Source of the DNA: Nitrospirota bacterium
GTDB lineage: Bacteria > Nitrospirota > UBA9217
Reading direction: 5' to 3'
Length of the DNA: 64,000 bases
NCBI GenBank assembly: GCA_963790205.1
Contig: CAWBNQ010000008.1
Location: forward strand, 192,001 to 256,000
In this document: positions 1 through 11,355 of the stretch, in pieces
Layout: the number at the start of each line of letters is the position of its first letter
Numbering within the stretch: position 1 is the stretch's first letter
Position numbers and translations under genes: made by a program
The notes under the pieces: model-generated
Told to the model about the DNA's origin: nothing
The model's input: only the letters and a program-made list of their open reading frames with translations
Databases searched by the model: none

Positions 1-1
1 G

Positions 2-313
2 GGGGAAGAAGTGGAATGTTCCGTGTCCATCATCCAGGCGCTCATCGAGAGCGGGTATCAGGGTGAACTGGCAGCGCCGGTGAAACAGGCCGATGCGTAT
101 GCCTCGGCCTTGGGCTATGCGGAATCGCCGCGCGGTTCGCTGTTCTACTGGGTCATGGCGGACAAGGACGGCAGGCCGCTCAGAGTGAAACTCCGTTCCC
201 CGTCGTATTGCAACTGGCCCGCCGTACCCTTCGCGGTCCACGGCAACATCGTGCCCGATTTCCCGCTCTGCAATAAAAGCTTTAATTTATCGTATTCAGG
301 GACGGACATGTAG
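2..313 (+). CDS. Ehr/hydrogenase-4-like large subunit (NuoD-like), C-terminal part, truncated by the window edge
   Basis: ESPRG...LRSPSYCNW...HGNIVPDFPLCNKSFNLSYSGTDM; C-terminus lacks the DPCxxC Ni motif; frame is open to the window start. Confidence 0.85.
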   Translation, partial: GEEVECSVSIIQALIESGYQGELAAPVKQADAYASALGYAESPRGSLFYWVMADKDGRPLRVKLRSPSYCNWPAVPFAVHGNIVPDFPLCNKSFNLSYSGTDM

Positions 314-355
314 GAGGCCGTAAGAAAGTAAGAAATAAGAAGTAAGAATAATGGT

Positions 356-886
356 ATGACTATGCTGAAAGAGATTTTTAAGAACATAACTTCGAGAAAA
401 AAAGTCATTTCATTTCCGGATGGGTTCGCCGTCACCCCCGAGCAGGCGGCGAAGATTGTTGACTTTCAGAGGAAAATTGATACAATCTTCGGAAGGTCGC
501 TCCGGATCAGGCAGGTGGACGCCGGTTCCTGCAATGCCTGCGAATGGGAATGTACGGCCCTCACCAATCCGATCTACGACATCCAGCGTTTCGGCATCGA
601 TTTTGTCGCTTCGCCGCGGCATGCCGACGTGCTGCTCGTGACCGGCCCGGTATCGCGTCAGATGGAGCTTGCGCTCAAGCGGACGTATATCGCGACCCCC
701 GAGCCGAGGCTCGTGGTGGCCTGCGGTGACTGCGCGCAAGACGGCGGTATATATAAAGGAAGCTACGCGGTCGCGAACGGCGTGGCGAACGTCGTCCCCG
801 TCAACGGCTACATTCCCGGATGCCCGCCGACGCCGGCCGCGATCATAATGGGACTTTTTCGGATCATCGAAGCATACACGAGATGA
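356..886 (+). CDS. Ehr/hydrogenase-4-like small subunit (NuoB/HycG family), copy 1
   Basis: DAGSCNACE, SPRHAD, GDCA, IPGCPP motifs. Confidence 0.9.
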   Translation: MTMLKEIFKNITSRKKVISFPDGFAVTPEQAAKIVDFQRKIDTIFGRSLRIRQVDAGSCNACEWECTALTNPIYDIQRFGIDFVASPRHADVLLVTGPVSRQMELALKRTYIATPEPRLVVACGDCAQDGGIYKGSYAVANGVANVVPVNGYIPGCPPTPAAIIMGLFRIIEAYTR

Positions 887-964
887 ACCGGATATAATAA
901 TAAAGAGTATTTTTCATGAACTGATCGGTTTCAGGTTAACGACGATAACCAGGGAGGCAGGAAC

Positions 965-3009
965 GTGCTTCTTTCGCCTTTCAGTCTCATATCCACATCT
1001 TTCGCAGTGCTCCTGCTCGCGCTCGCGCTGACGCCGCTTCTGCGCTTCAGCCAACGCCTTCTCATCAAGACGGGTTTTTTCCTTACTGCCATTGCTTCTG
1101 TTCTCGCCACGGCCGCCGGTATATGGACCGTGGCAAGCGGCATTATAACCCAGGTCGTGCTCCCCCTCGGCCTGCCCGACCTGCCGTTTCACCTGAGACT
1201 CGACCTCCTGTCCGGGTATTTCCTCGTGGTCGTCGGGTTGCTCGCCACGTTCGCATCCATCTACTCGATCGGGTACGTCAAGGGGTTTCTCGGCCTTCGA
1301 TCCGTAACAAGCCTCGTGGTCTTTTACACCCTTTTTCTCGCGGGAATGTTCCTGGTGGTCCTGGCCGATGACGCATTGTTCTTCCTTATCGCCTGGGAGA
1401 TGATGGCGGCGGCTTCCTACTTTCTCGTGCTTTTCGAGGACGAGAAAGTCGAGAACAGGCGGGCCGCTTTTCTCTATCTCGTCGTGGCTCACGTGGGGGC
1501 CATCGCTATCCTTCTCTCGTTCGGGGTCATGGCCGGCCTCGCTACGGGGTTCAAGGGTTTTGAGGGGTATACCTTCGATGCCATGCGCGGGACGGTCCTC
1601 CCGGCGGGATGGGCCACTGTTGCGTTCCTCCTGGCATTCTTCGGGTTTGCGGCCAAGGCCGGCGTGGTCCCTCTCCACGTCTGGCTGCCCGAAGCGCACC
1701 CGGTGGCGCCGTCGAACGTCTCGGCCCTCATGAGCGGGGTGATGCTCAAGACCGCGATCTACGGCATCGTACGGGTTGTCTTCGACCTGATCGGCCATTT
1801 CCCCTGGTGGTGGGGCGCGCTTGTCCTGGTCTTCGGGCTCGTGTCGTCGGTCATGGGGGTCCTCTACGCCCTGATGCAGCACGATCTGAAGAGGCTTCTC
1901 GCGTACCATTCCGTGGAGAACATCGGCATCATCCTGATCGGCATCGGCCTTGCCATGATATTCACCTCTTTCATATGTCCCTCCTGGCCGCCCTGGCGCT
2001 CATTGCCGGCCTGTATCACACGCTCAATCACGCGATGTTCAAGGGGCTCCTGTTCATGGGCGCCGGCTCCGTGCTGCACGCCACCCATGAACGGAACATG
2101 GAAGAGATGGGCGGCCTCATCCGGTTCATGCCGTGGACGGCGGCCCTCTTTCTCATCGGCTGCGTCTCGATCTCGGCCCTGCCGCCCTTTAACGGGTTCG
2201 TGTCGGAATGGCTGACCTATCAGGCGTTTCTGCTGTCGCCCGCGCTTCCCAGCCCGCTCCTGAACCTGCTCATCCCGCTGGGTGCGGCGCTCCTGGCGCT
2301 CACGAGCGCGCTTGCGGCGGCCTGTTTCGTGAAGGCCTTCGGCGTGACGTTCCTGGGTCATCAGCGCGGGCACCATCACGGCCTTGTCCACGAGGCGGGC
2401 TGGTCCATGCGCATCGGCATGCTGCTGGCCGCGCTCACCTGTCTCGCCCTCGGTGTACTGCCGACGGTCATGATCAAATGGATGGACCCGCTCGCAGAAA
2501 AGCTGGTGGGCGGCACGATCGCCTCTTCCGCCTCGGGCCTCGGCTGGATGTGGCTCACCCCGATCGCGGCCGAACGGGCTTCCTATTCAGCTCCCATGGC
2601 GTTTATGGGCATCCTGTCCGTCGTGATCGTGACCTACCTGCTGCTTCATACGCGTCCCGGCGCGATCCACAGAAGGCCCCTCTGGGACTGCGGTTTTGAA
2701 AGGATCACCAGCCGCATGCAGTATACGGCAACGTCTTTTTCCATGCCTTTGCGCAGGATCTTCGGGTATCTCTTCAGCATCAAGGAACACGTGCGTCAGC
2801 TTCCGCCGGCAACGCATCCGGCCTTTCCCGAACGCCTGCATTACCATCTCCGGGTGCGGGACCGTTTCTGGGGCTGGATCTATCAGCCGATCATTGACGC
2901 AAGCTTCTGGCTTTCCCGCAGGATCGGAAGGATGCAGCACGGCCGCATCCAGATATACCTTATTTACTCGTTCGTGACGATACTGGTGCTGTTGATATTT
3001 TCACGATGA
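965..3009 (+). CDS. hyfB: HyfB-like antiporter-type membrane subunit; frameshift near 1969-1971
   Basis: ORF 965-2215 (PLHVWLPEAHP, LAYHSVENIG) continues in the frame of ORF 1609-3009 (HTLNHAMFKGLLF, PPFNGFVSEW); adding one T to the T run restores the frame. Confidence 0.85.
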
Positions 3010-3161
3010 AAAAGAAATTTTAATACAGAAGACAATTTTCACACAGAGCCATGAAGCCACGAAGGAAAGCAAAGCAGATTTAATTATATCTTCGTGTCTT
3101 AGTGTCTTCGTGTGAGACAAGTATTGTTTTTGAAGTTATGCTTCAAGAATAGGAGTCGTAA

Positions 3162-4106
3162 TTGACCATTCATCCGCTCCTCATAGAAATAGCGCAGGTC
3201 GTCGTGCTCCTCGCCCTGGCCCCCGTGTTCACGGGCTGGGTGAAGATGGTGAAGTGCTGGTTTCAGGGACGCACGTCGCCGAACCTGTTCCAGCCTTACC
3301 GGGACATCATGAAGCTTTTCTCGAAGGACGTCGTGCTGGCCGAGAACGCGTCGTGGATATTCCGGTTCACGCCCTATCTCGTTTTCGGCGTTTCGGTCAT
3401 GGCAGGCGGGATCATCCCCATCCTGTCGACGGACCTGCCGCTGTCGGCCACGGCGGACGTCATAGCCTTGGTGGCGCTCTTTGCCATCGCGCGGTTCTTT
3501 ACGGCGCTGGCGGGCATGGACATCGGCACCGCCTTCGGCGGCATGGGTTCGAGCCGGGAGATGACCATCGCTTCACTTGCCGAGCCCGCCATGCTTATGG
3601 CCGTATTCGCCGTGTCCCTGGTGAGCAAGTCCACGTCCCTCTCGCAGATGACCTTTGTCATCTCCCAAGGGCACTCCATGCTCCGGCCGTCCTTGGTCTT
3701 CGCGCTTTTGGCGTTCATCCTCATTGCCCTGGCCGAGACGGGAAGGGTGCCCGTGGACAACCCTGCGACGCACCTGGAACTTACCATGATCCACGAAGCC
3801 ATGATCCTCGAATATTCAGGGCGGCATCTCGCCCTCATCGAGTGGGCGAGCATGATGAAACTTTTTCTCTTTACCGTCCTCGGGATCGCGTCCTTTTTCC
3901 CCTGGGGGATATCCTTGAACGACGACCTGGTATCCGTGCTCGCCGCGTTCCCGGTCCTGCTGTTCAAGCTCGGGATCGTGGGTCTCGGCCTGGTTATGAT
4001 CGAGACCGGTATGGCAAAGATGCGGATCTTTCGCATCACCGAATTCCTGGGGAGCGCTTTTCTGTTTGCCACGCTCGGGATGCTGTCGTATTTCATGCTG
4101 GAGTAA
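3162..4106 (+). CDS. hyfC: HyfC/HycD (NuoH-like) membrane subunit
   Basis: QPYRDIMKL, GMGSSRE, AETGRVPVD, IHEAMILEYSG. Confidence 0.9.
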   Translation: MTIHPLLIEIAQVVVLLALAPVFTGWVKMVKCWFQGRTSPNLFQPYRDIMKLFSKDVVLAENASWIFRFTPYLVFGVSVMAGGIIPILSTDLPLSATADVIALVALFAIARFFTALAGMDIGTAFGGMGSSREMTIASLAEPAMLMAVFAVSLVSKSTSLSQMTFVISQGHSMLRPSLVFALLAFILIALAETGRVPVDNPATHLELTMIHEAMILEYSGRHLALIEWASMMKLFLFTVLGIASFFPWGISLNDDLVSVLAAFPVLLFKLGIVGLGLVMIETGMAKMRIFRITEFLGSAFLFATLGMLSYFMLE

Positions 4107-4116
4107 TATGGAGTTT

Positions 4117-4216
4117 TACCGCAGAGACGCGGAGATGCAGAGGAAGGCCAAACGCTAAGGCTTTCAGTGCATTTTACTTTTCACGGTTTTCTCCGCGCCT
4201 CAGCGTCTCTGCGGTT
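4117..4216. repeat. Intergenic inverted repeat with ~9-nt periodic arms (ACCRCAGAG family)
   Basis: ACCGCAGAGACGCGGAGATGCAGAG ... CTCCGCGCCTCAGCGTCTCTGCGGT; relatives near 3041-3113, 35709-35739, 37066-37215, 37558-37586 and 45094-45162. Confidence 0.75.
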
Positions 4217-4248
4217 ATCTCAAGTTTGCGTTTATAAAGAGGTGCTTT

Positions 4249-4914
4249 ATGAACATGCAAATCGCATCACAGGTCAACAGTCTCCTCGCCGCCCTGATCC
4301 TTTTAACGGCCTTCGGCCTGGTCGTGCAGAGGAGGATGAACGCGCTTCTGCACCTCTTTGCCTGGCAGGGGTTCTTCCTTGCCGTGAGCACCGCCATCGT
4401 GGGTTATGTGGGAGGCCAGCACGATCTTTATATTTCTTCCGTGCTGACGCTTTCCATGAAGGTCGTTCTTCTGCCCTATATTTTGCACAGACTGATCGTG
4501 AAACTCCGGATCCATAAGGAGGTGGAGACGGTCGTGAACATCCCGACGACCATGCTGATGGGCATCGTGCTCGTGATATTCTCCTATCATCTTACCGCGC
4601 CGATCAGGGAGCTCTCGACGCTCGTGACCCGCTCCACCCTGGCGGTGGCCCTGGCAACGGTCATGCTCGGCTTTCTCATGATGATCACCCGTAAGCACGC
4701 GGTGACCCAGATCATCGGGTTTCTGGCAATGGAGAACGGGCTTCTGTTCGCGGCCACGAGCGCAACGTACGGCATGCCTCTCGTGGTCGAGCTGGGCGTG
4801 GCCCTGGACCTGTTGATCGCCGCCTTTATCTTCGGCATGTTCTTTTTCCACATCAGCACAACCTTCGACAGCCTTGACGTGGACCAGATGGCGAGGCTGA
4901 AGGAAGAAGATTAG
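4249..4914 (+). CDS. hyfE: HyfE-like membrane subunit
   Basis: Hydrophobic; QIIGFLAMENG and VELGVALD motifs; position in operon. Confidence 0.85.
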   Translation: MNMQIASQVNSLLAALILLTAFGLVVQRRMNALLHLFAWQGFFLAVSTAIVGYVGGQHDLYISSVLTLSMKVVLLPYILHRLIVKLRIHKEVETVVNIPTTMLMGIVLVIFSYHLTAPIRELSTLVTRSTLAVALATVMLGFLMMITRKHAVTQIIGFLAMENGLLFAATSATYGMPLVVELGVALDLLIAAFIFGMFFFHISTTFDSLDVDQMARLKEED

Positions 4915-5054
4915 CGGCAAACTCGAAGCCCGAAGCACTAATTGTCGAAACAATGTCAAATTAATGCAACGAGTAATGTTTCAAACATTTGGATTTTGGA
5001 TTTATTTAGGATTTCGACATTCGAATTTCGGATTTGTACTGTTTTGAGGTGTAA

Positions 5055-6504
5055 ATGGCTCTTCTGATTCTCTTAGTCATTCCGCTCTTCGCGTCCCTGG
5101 CGCTGGCCTTCATCGGCGACCGGAAGCTTGCGCCCGAAGTGAACATCCTCGGATCCGCAGCGACCTTTGCCGCGAGCGTCCGCCTGGCGCTCCAGGTCTA
5201 CGAGCAGGGGCCCATACTGGCGGGGGACAATTTCTTTTTTGTCGACGCCTTCAGCGTTTACCTGACGGTCCTCACGTCGCTTGTCTCCATGACCACAGCC
5301 ATCTTCAGCAGGAGATATATGCGTCGCGAGCGCGAGCACGGGACCATCGGTTCTCATCGGATTCGCTTCTACCACGCCATGTTCCAGCTCTTTATCTTCG
5401 CCATGCTGCTCTGCCTTCTGACGAACAACGTGGGCATTCTCTGGATTTCCATGGAACTTGCCACGCTCTCCACGGTCCTTCTGGTGTCCCTCTACCGCAC
5501 GCCGGCGGCGATCGAGGCCGCATGGAAGTATTTCATTCTCTGCGGCGTGGGCATCGCTCTGGCGCTCTTTGGGACCGTGCTCCTGTACTTCGCCGCGGAA
5601 AAGGTGCTCGGCGCGGGCGGCGCGGCGCTCCACTGGACGAACCTCGCACAGGTGAGCAACCAACTGGAGCCCACGATCCTGTCCCTTGCCTTTGTCTTCC
5701 TCATGGTGGGATACGGCACGAAGGTGGGGCTCGTTCCGATCCATAACTGGCTGCCTGACGCGCATAGCGAAGGCCCAACGCCCATCTCCGCCGTGCTCTC
5801 CGGGCTGCTGCTCAACATCGCTCTCTATGCCCTGGTCCGGTGCAAGGTCCTCGTCGACGGGTCCACGGGAACGCACCATTCCGGCAATATCATGATGGGC
5901 TTCGGAATCCTCTCGATCATTGTCGCGTCCTTTTCCCTCCTGCGCCAGAAGGACATCAAGCGGATGTTCGCGTATTCGTCCATCGAACACATGGGGATCG
6001 CGACGTTTGCTTTCGGTCTCGGCGGTCCGGTGGCCACGTTCGGCGCCCTGCTGCACATGCTGGTCCACAGCCTGACGAAGTCGTCCATTTTCTTCACGGT
6101 GGGGCACGCCTCGCAGATGCACAGAACGCAGGAGATGGGAAAAGATCAAAGGACTCATTCGCGGCAATCCGCTCGTGGGTTGGGGCATGGCGCTCGGGGT
6201 CATGGCGATCGTGGGCATGCCGCCCTTCGGCGTGTTCACGAGCGAGTTCCTGATCCTCACGGCAACGATCAAGGACGCGCCGCTCTTTGCGCCCTTTCTT
6301 CTCCTGGGTCTCGCGGTGTCCTTTGCCGCCCTGTTCAGGAGGGTGCAGCCCATGGTCGGAGGCGCGGTTCCGGGCTATCAGGAGAGGATCAAAGCCGCGC
6401 ATATTCCGGTGATCGTGCATATGCTCGTGGTGCTCCTTCTCGGCCTGTATATGCCGAGATTTCTTGCCGGGTGGTTCCAGACGGCAGTGGGGCTGTTGAA
6501 ATAA
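5055..6504 (+). CDS. hyfF: HyfF-like antiporter-type membrane subunit; frameshift near 6137-6143
   Basis: EAAWKYFILC, GYGTKVGL, WLPDAHSE, AYSSIEH; C-terminus (GMPPFGVFTSE) lies in the frame of ORF 6175-6504; one extra base in GGGAAAA. Confidence 0.85.
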
Positions 6505-6602
6505 ACGAGGGACGAGGGACGCAAAGGCTTTTTCGTTCGTCGTCTCAGCGAGCAAGGCGAGCGGTCGTCCATCGTCCATCGGTACTCTTAGCGGGAATTA
6601 AC

Positions 6603-8175
6603 ATGATCAGACTGAGGAACCTTATCGAGAACCTGTTCGGTCCCGACGCGCGGGAGGATGACACCCTCGCCCCATCGTCCGTCATGTCCCTTGCGGTCCC
6701 CCGCAGGCGTTTCGCCGAAGCGGCGCTGGCGCTGAAGCATGAGTATGCTCTGCTTGCCGCGGAGTGGGCCGTTGACGAGACGCCCTTTGGCAGGGGATTC
6801 GGCATCTATGCCTGTTTTCGCCGCGAGCAGGAGTATCTGGTCGTCAGGACCGAGGCGCCCGCGGATGATCCGACCTTCCCCAGCCTCACGAAGAAGTTTG
6901 CGGCAGCCTACCGGTTCGAGCGCCAGATCCAGAGCCTCATGGGCATCACACCCGTGGGCAATCCCGACGACCGCCCGTGGATCAAGCACGAAGACTGGCC
7001 TGAAAACGCCTGGCCGCTCAGAAAATCTTTTGACGCGTCGATGAAATTGCCCAGAGTTGCCGGAGAGTACCGCTGGATCCGGGCCGAAGGCGAGGGGGTC
7101 TATGAGATACCCGTGGGACCCGTTCATGCAGGCATCATCGAGCCCGGCCATTTCCGGTTTCAGGCCGTGGGAGAGGACATCATCAACCTCGAGGCGAAGT
7201 TGGGGTACGTGCACAAAGGAATTGAAAAAAAGTTCGAGTCCTTATCCTGGCGGGATGCGTCACGCCTGGCAGGCCGGGTGTCCGGCGACACGACGGTCGC
7301 ACACAGCCTTACGTATGCGCAGGCCGCAGAGGCCATCTCCGGGTGCATCGTGCCGGACCGGGCGCTGTGGCTGCGGGCGCTCTTTCTGGAACGGGAACGC
7401 ATTGCGAACCATCTGGGCGACCTGGGCGCTATCTGCAATGACGTGGCCTTTGCGATCCTTCTCTATCAGTTCCATCGTCTGAAGGAGATGCTGCTCCGCA
7501 CGAACTTGAAGCTTTTCGGTCATCGCTTTATGATGGACAGGATCGTGCCGGGGGGGACGGCCGTCGATATCGATGCGGAAGGCGTCAAGACGGTCCTTGC
7601 GGAGATGGACTGGCTTGCACAGGAGTTCGAGACGGCTTGTCGTCATCTACGATGAAAACTCCTCCGTTGAAGACCGCGTACGGGACACGGGCATCCTTAA
7701 ATCCGATAAGGCCCGGGACCTCGGCATGGTGGGTTTTGTTGCGCGCGCAAGCGGCCTGAACCTCGATTGCCGTATCCATCATCCGTTTCCTCCTTACGAC
7801 CGCATCAGCGTGAGCATCCCGGTGCTCGTCTCCGGCGACGTCCACGCCCGGGCATGGGTCAGGGTTGAGGAGATCAGGGATTCCATCCGGATTATCCGGG
7901 AGATATTGAAGTCCCTTCCCGATGGAGCAATCACCGTCCCTGTCAGAGAGCCGATGCCGGACAGGTCCGGTTTCGCGGCGGTCGAGGGCTGGCGGGGCGA
8001 GATCATTTACTGGGTCCAGTCCGGGCCGAAGGGTGAGATAAACCGCTGCATGGTCAGGGACCCGTCGAGCGTGAACTGGCTGGGGCTCGAACAGTGCATC
8101 CACGGGAACATCGTCCCCGACTTCCCGGTGTGCAATAAGAGCTTTAACCAGTCGTATTCGGGGAATGATCTGTGA
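6603..8175 (+). CDS. Ehr/HyfG-like large subunit (NuoC+NuoD fusion), copy 2; frameshift near 7632
   Basis: GPVHAGIIEPGHFRF, GYVHKGIE, RVSGDT in place of RxCxxC, EGWRGE, DFPVCNKSFNQSYSGNDL; own ATG at 6603. Confidence 0.85.
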
Positions 8176-8312
8176 AGTGCGAAGGACGAGTGACGATAAA
8201 GCTTATTCGTCCGTCGTCTTAGCGTACGAAGTGAGCGGTCGTCTATCGTCCGTCGTGTTTAAACGGCCTGCTGCCGAAACATTTTTTTAACCGGCATTAT
8301 AACGGGAGTCTT

Positions 8313-8822
8313 ATGATCCGTATCCTTAAGCAGATTTTCCATACCGGCATCGTTACCGAGCCGCTCCCTCCCATCACCGACCCGGAGATCGAGAAGATCG
8401 GCGTACAGCTGGAGGAGGTCATCAAGAGGCGCTTCCGGAGAAGCCTTACGATCCGCCAGGTCGATGCCGGCTCCTGCAACGGGTGCGAGCTCGAGATCCA
8501 TGCGATCAACAATCCCCTCTATAACTGCGAGCGCTTCGGCATCCATTTTACCGCCTCGCCGCGGTTCGCCGACCTGCTGCTCGTCACGGGACCGGTCTCC
8601 CATAACATGGAGATAGCCCTCCGCAGGACCTATAACGCCACGCCGCCCCCGAAGCTCGTGGTTGCCGTGGGAGATTGCGGCTGTACGGGCGGCATTTTCG
8701 GCGAGAGCTATGCTTCCCTGGGCGGGATCGACAAGGTGATCCCGGTGGATGCTTGTATCCCCGGATGTCCTCCCACGCCAACGGCGCTGCTGCAGGGTAT
8801 CCTTAAAGCCATTGGAGTCTGA
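8313..8822 (+). CDS. Ehr/hydrogenase-4-like small subunit (NuoB family), copy 2
   Basis: DAGSCNGCE, SPRFAD, GDCG, IPGCPP. Confidence 0.9.
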   Translation: MIRILKQIFHTGIVTEPLPPITDPEIEKIGVQLEEVIKRRFRRSLTIRQVDAGSCNGCELEIHAINNPLYNCERFGIHFTASPRFADLLLVTGPVSHNMEIALRRTYNATPPPKLVVAVGDCGCTGGIFGESYASLGGIDKVIPVDACIPGCPPTPTALLQGILKAIGV

Positions 8823-8895
8823 TTTTTTTCGACCGGGATCATACCGATCAAGCCCGGCTTTTTTCAAGGTATTTATTAAAAGGGGAGCGGGACAC

Positions 8896-9747
8896 GTGAA
8901 CATTGCGATGAACTTGCGCGCCGTATGCAGACTTTGCGCAACGCTTCTGTTTCTTCTTCCGGTTTTCGGTTGTAATCCTCCCTATCGTCCGCCCACGGTC
9001 CCCATCGGCACCCTGCGGTATGATGCGCCGGGAGGTCCGCACCGGGAGCTTCTGGTATATCTTCCCGGCTACGGGGACAAGCCTTCCGCCATTGAACAGC
9101 ACGGCCTCGTACGGGCCGCGAGGGCGCGGGGCCTGACAGCCGACATCGTGGCCGTTGACGCCCACCTGGCCTATTATGAGGAGGGGACCATCTTCACCCG
9201 GCTGAAGGAAGACGTGATCGATCCCGCCAAAGCCGGGGGATATAAAGACATCTGGCTCGTCGGGAACTCTCTCGGGGCCTATGGCGCGGTCTTGTACGCG
9301 AGACGCTATCCGCAGGACATAACGGGCGTCGTGCTGTTAGGCCCTTTTCTCGGAGAGAAGAAGACCATCGACGAAATCAGACAGGCAGGCGGGCTCCAGC
9401 AATGGGACCCCGGCGAGGTGGGAGACAAGACGAGAGAGGATTGGGAAAAACAGATCTGGCTCTGGCTGAAGCACCGCCAAAAGCAGGGTGATTTCCGGCT
9501 CTGGTCGAAAGAATGCGACCGGGAAAGAGGCTGCCTGCCGAAAATCTATCTCGGATACGGCGAGTTCGACCGGTACTCCCGCGGGCAGGACCTCCTGGCG
9601 TCGCTGCTGCCGCCGGAGTACGTCGTAGCTCTCTTTGGCGGCCATGGCTGGATGACGTGGAGCAGAGCGTGGGACAAGATTCTTGACAGAATGGCCGTCA
9701 CAAAGCACGGCGGCCGCTTGACGATGCCGGCTGACGAGCGCAATTGA
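8896..9747 (+). CDS. Alpha/beta-hydrolase fold lipoprotein
   Basis: Lipobox-like VFGC; LPGYGD; nucleophile elbow GNSLG; C-terminal GGHGW. Confidence 0.7.
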   Translation: MNIAMNLRAVCRLCATLLFLLPVFGCNPPYRPPTVPIGTLRYDAPGGPHRELLVYLPGYGDKPSAIEQHGLVRAARARGLTADIVAVDAHLAYYEEGTIFTRLKEDVIDPAKAGGYKDIWLVGNSLGAYGAVLYARRYPQDITGVVLLGPFLGEKKTIDEIRQAGGLQQWDPGEVGDKTREDWEKQIWLWLKHRQKQGDFRLWSKECDRERGCLPKIYLGYGEFDRYSRGQDLLASLLPPEYVVALFGGHGWMTWSRAWDKILDRMAVTKHGGRLTMPADERN

Positions 9748-9976
9748 ATCCGTTACCGCATTGCCCCTCACCTTTTGTCCCTTCCTTTTACGAACCTTCA
9801 CTTTCCCCGGAGGGGAGAGGGTTCGGTAAGGGGAACTTTCCTGGATGGAATTATCGCTACTTCGTTTGTATTGCCTTTTGTTCTCCCAGCCGCCTGCGGC
9901 ATGAGGTCCCCGTGTTTTTCTTGACCTGAATCCTGTTTTCAAGTAAACTCGTCCAAATGGAGCGGACCTACAATCT

Positions 9977-10489
9977 ATGACAAATATGATCGGGGCGGTG
10001 TGGGGACTCACAGGCGTAATGATGCTGCTGGCAAGCGCTATCTATCGGCTGACACCGCTGGCAATGGACGCCTTCGGGTATGAGCTGCGCTGGTATCACT
10101 GGATGTTTCTCGCATTCGTCCTCCTCTTTATGGCCTACCTCGAAGGATACCGCGCGTTCCAGCAGGGGTTTTCGCCGAGGGTCGCCGCCCGCGCCCGGTA
10201 TTTGAAGCATCATCGTAACGCCCTCCACACGGTCCTTGCCCCCCTGCTCTGCATGGGCTATTTTCATGCGACGAAAAGAAGACGGATAACGTCCCTCTCG
10301 GTAACGGCGGGCATCATCGTCCTGATCATCCTTGTCCGGTTCCTGCCCCAGCCCTGGCGCGGTATTGTGGACGCGGGCGTTGTCGTGGGCCTTGCGTGGG
10401 GTCTGGTATCTCTCCTCATATTCGGTCTCCAGGCCTTGAGCAGGGAACGGTTCAACTATTCACCCGAAGTGCCCGAAGAGCAGGAATAA
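9977..10489 (+). CDS. Hypothetical membrane protein
   Basis: About four hydrophobic segments; EGYRAFQQGFSPRV and QPWRGIVDAGVV look like conserved motifs. Confidence 0.7.
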   Translation: MTNMIGAVWGLTGVMMLLASAIYRLTPLAMDAFGYELRWYHWMFLAFVLLFMAYLEGYRAFQQGFSPRVAARARYLKHHRNALHTVLAPLLCMGYFHATKRRRITSLSVTAGIIVLIILVRFLPQPWRGIVDAGVVVGLAWGLVSLLIFGLQALSRERFNYSPEVPEEQE

Positions 10490-10551
10490 TCATTTCCGTC
10501 ATTCCAGAGTTATCGTCATACAAATTCAGGTTCGTTCTTGAAGGGGGATGG

Positions 10552-11271
10552 ATGCGTAGAATTTTCGTTGTGTTGCTCGTGTCGGGTTTCCTGGGAGCTA
10601 CGCTTGCGTACGCCGGCCTCATGGACAAAGTGCGGGACTACCGCGAGAAGACGCAGGGGACGAACGGAGAACCCGATACGAACACGGTCATCGCGGGGCT
10701 CAAAGAGGCACTGAACGTCGGGGCCCGGAACGGCGTCTCGTCCGTCTCGAAGCCCGACGGGTACTTCGGCAATCAGCTGATCAGGATCCCGATGCCGCCG
10801 AATATCGAAAGGATCGAGCGGACCCTCAGACGGTACGGGATGCACAAAGAGGCGGACGCCTTTATCCTGAGCATGAACCGGGCCGCGGAAAAAGCGGCGC
10901 CGCAGGCCCTTTCTTTCTTCGTTGCTGCTGTCAGGGAAATGAGCATTCCCGACGCCGTAAAAATATTGCACGGCGGCGACACGGCGGCAACGGATTTCTT
11001 GAAAGCGAAGACCTATGACCGCATATACGGCGCATTCAAGCCCGCGGTCTCTTCGGCCATGAGCGATGTGGGGGTTACGCGCTCATTCAAACAAATGATG
11101 GACAAGGCAAGGACCGTCCCCTTTTTGAAAAGCGAGGTCGTGGACCTCGACTCCTATGTAACGTCCAAGGCCCTGGACGGGCTGTTCGTCGTCGTGGGAC
11201 AGGAAGAGAGAAAGATCAGGAAAGACCCGAGGGCGCGGGTCACCGAACTGCTCCGGACCGTTTTCAAGTAA
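10552..11271 (+). CDS. DUF4197 family exported protein
   Basis: Signal peptide; GLKEAL, SMNRAAE, AATDFL, ALDGLF, EERKIR. Confidence 0.85.
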   Translation: MRRIFVVLLVSGFLGATLAYAGLMDKVRDYREKTQGTNGEPDTNTVIAGLKEALNVGARNGVSSVSKPDGYFGNQLIRIPMPPNIERIERTLRRYGMHKEADAFILSMNRAAEKAAPQALSFFVAAVREMSIPDAVKILHGGDTAATDFLKAKTYDRIYGAFKPAVSSAMSDVGVTRSFKQMMDKARTVPFLKSEVVDLDSYVTSKALDGLFVVVGQEERKIRKDPRARVTELLRTVFK

Positions 11272-11355
11272 TATCTGGTGCGGAAGCTCTTTCATCCCGC
11301 GTACTTCTCCTTGATTCTGAATCGGGAAACAGAGATAAAGGCAGGTATATAAAAT

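Noticed and set aside
5055..7655. 866-aa ORF suggesting a HyfF-large subunit fusion
   Set aside because: Produced by the frameshift near 6140. The linker is out-of-frame hyfF plus an intergenic repeat, the true hyfF end lies in another frame (stop 6504), and L2 has its own ATG at 6603.
2..8822. Formate hydrogenlyase or true group 4 hydrogenase
   Set aside because: The large subunits lack the Ni-binding CxxC motifs, and no formate dehydrogenase is in the window.
9784..9823. CCCTC...GGGGAGAGGG hairpin, with a similar one near 27524-27550, as an ncRNA
   Set aside because: Short degenerate REP-like stem-loops downstream of genes, with no support for an RNA gene.
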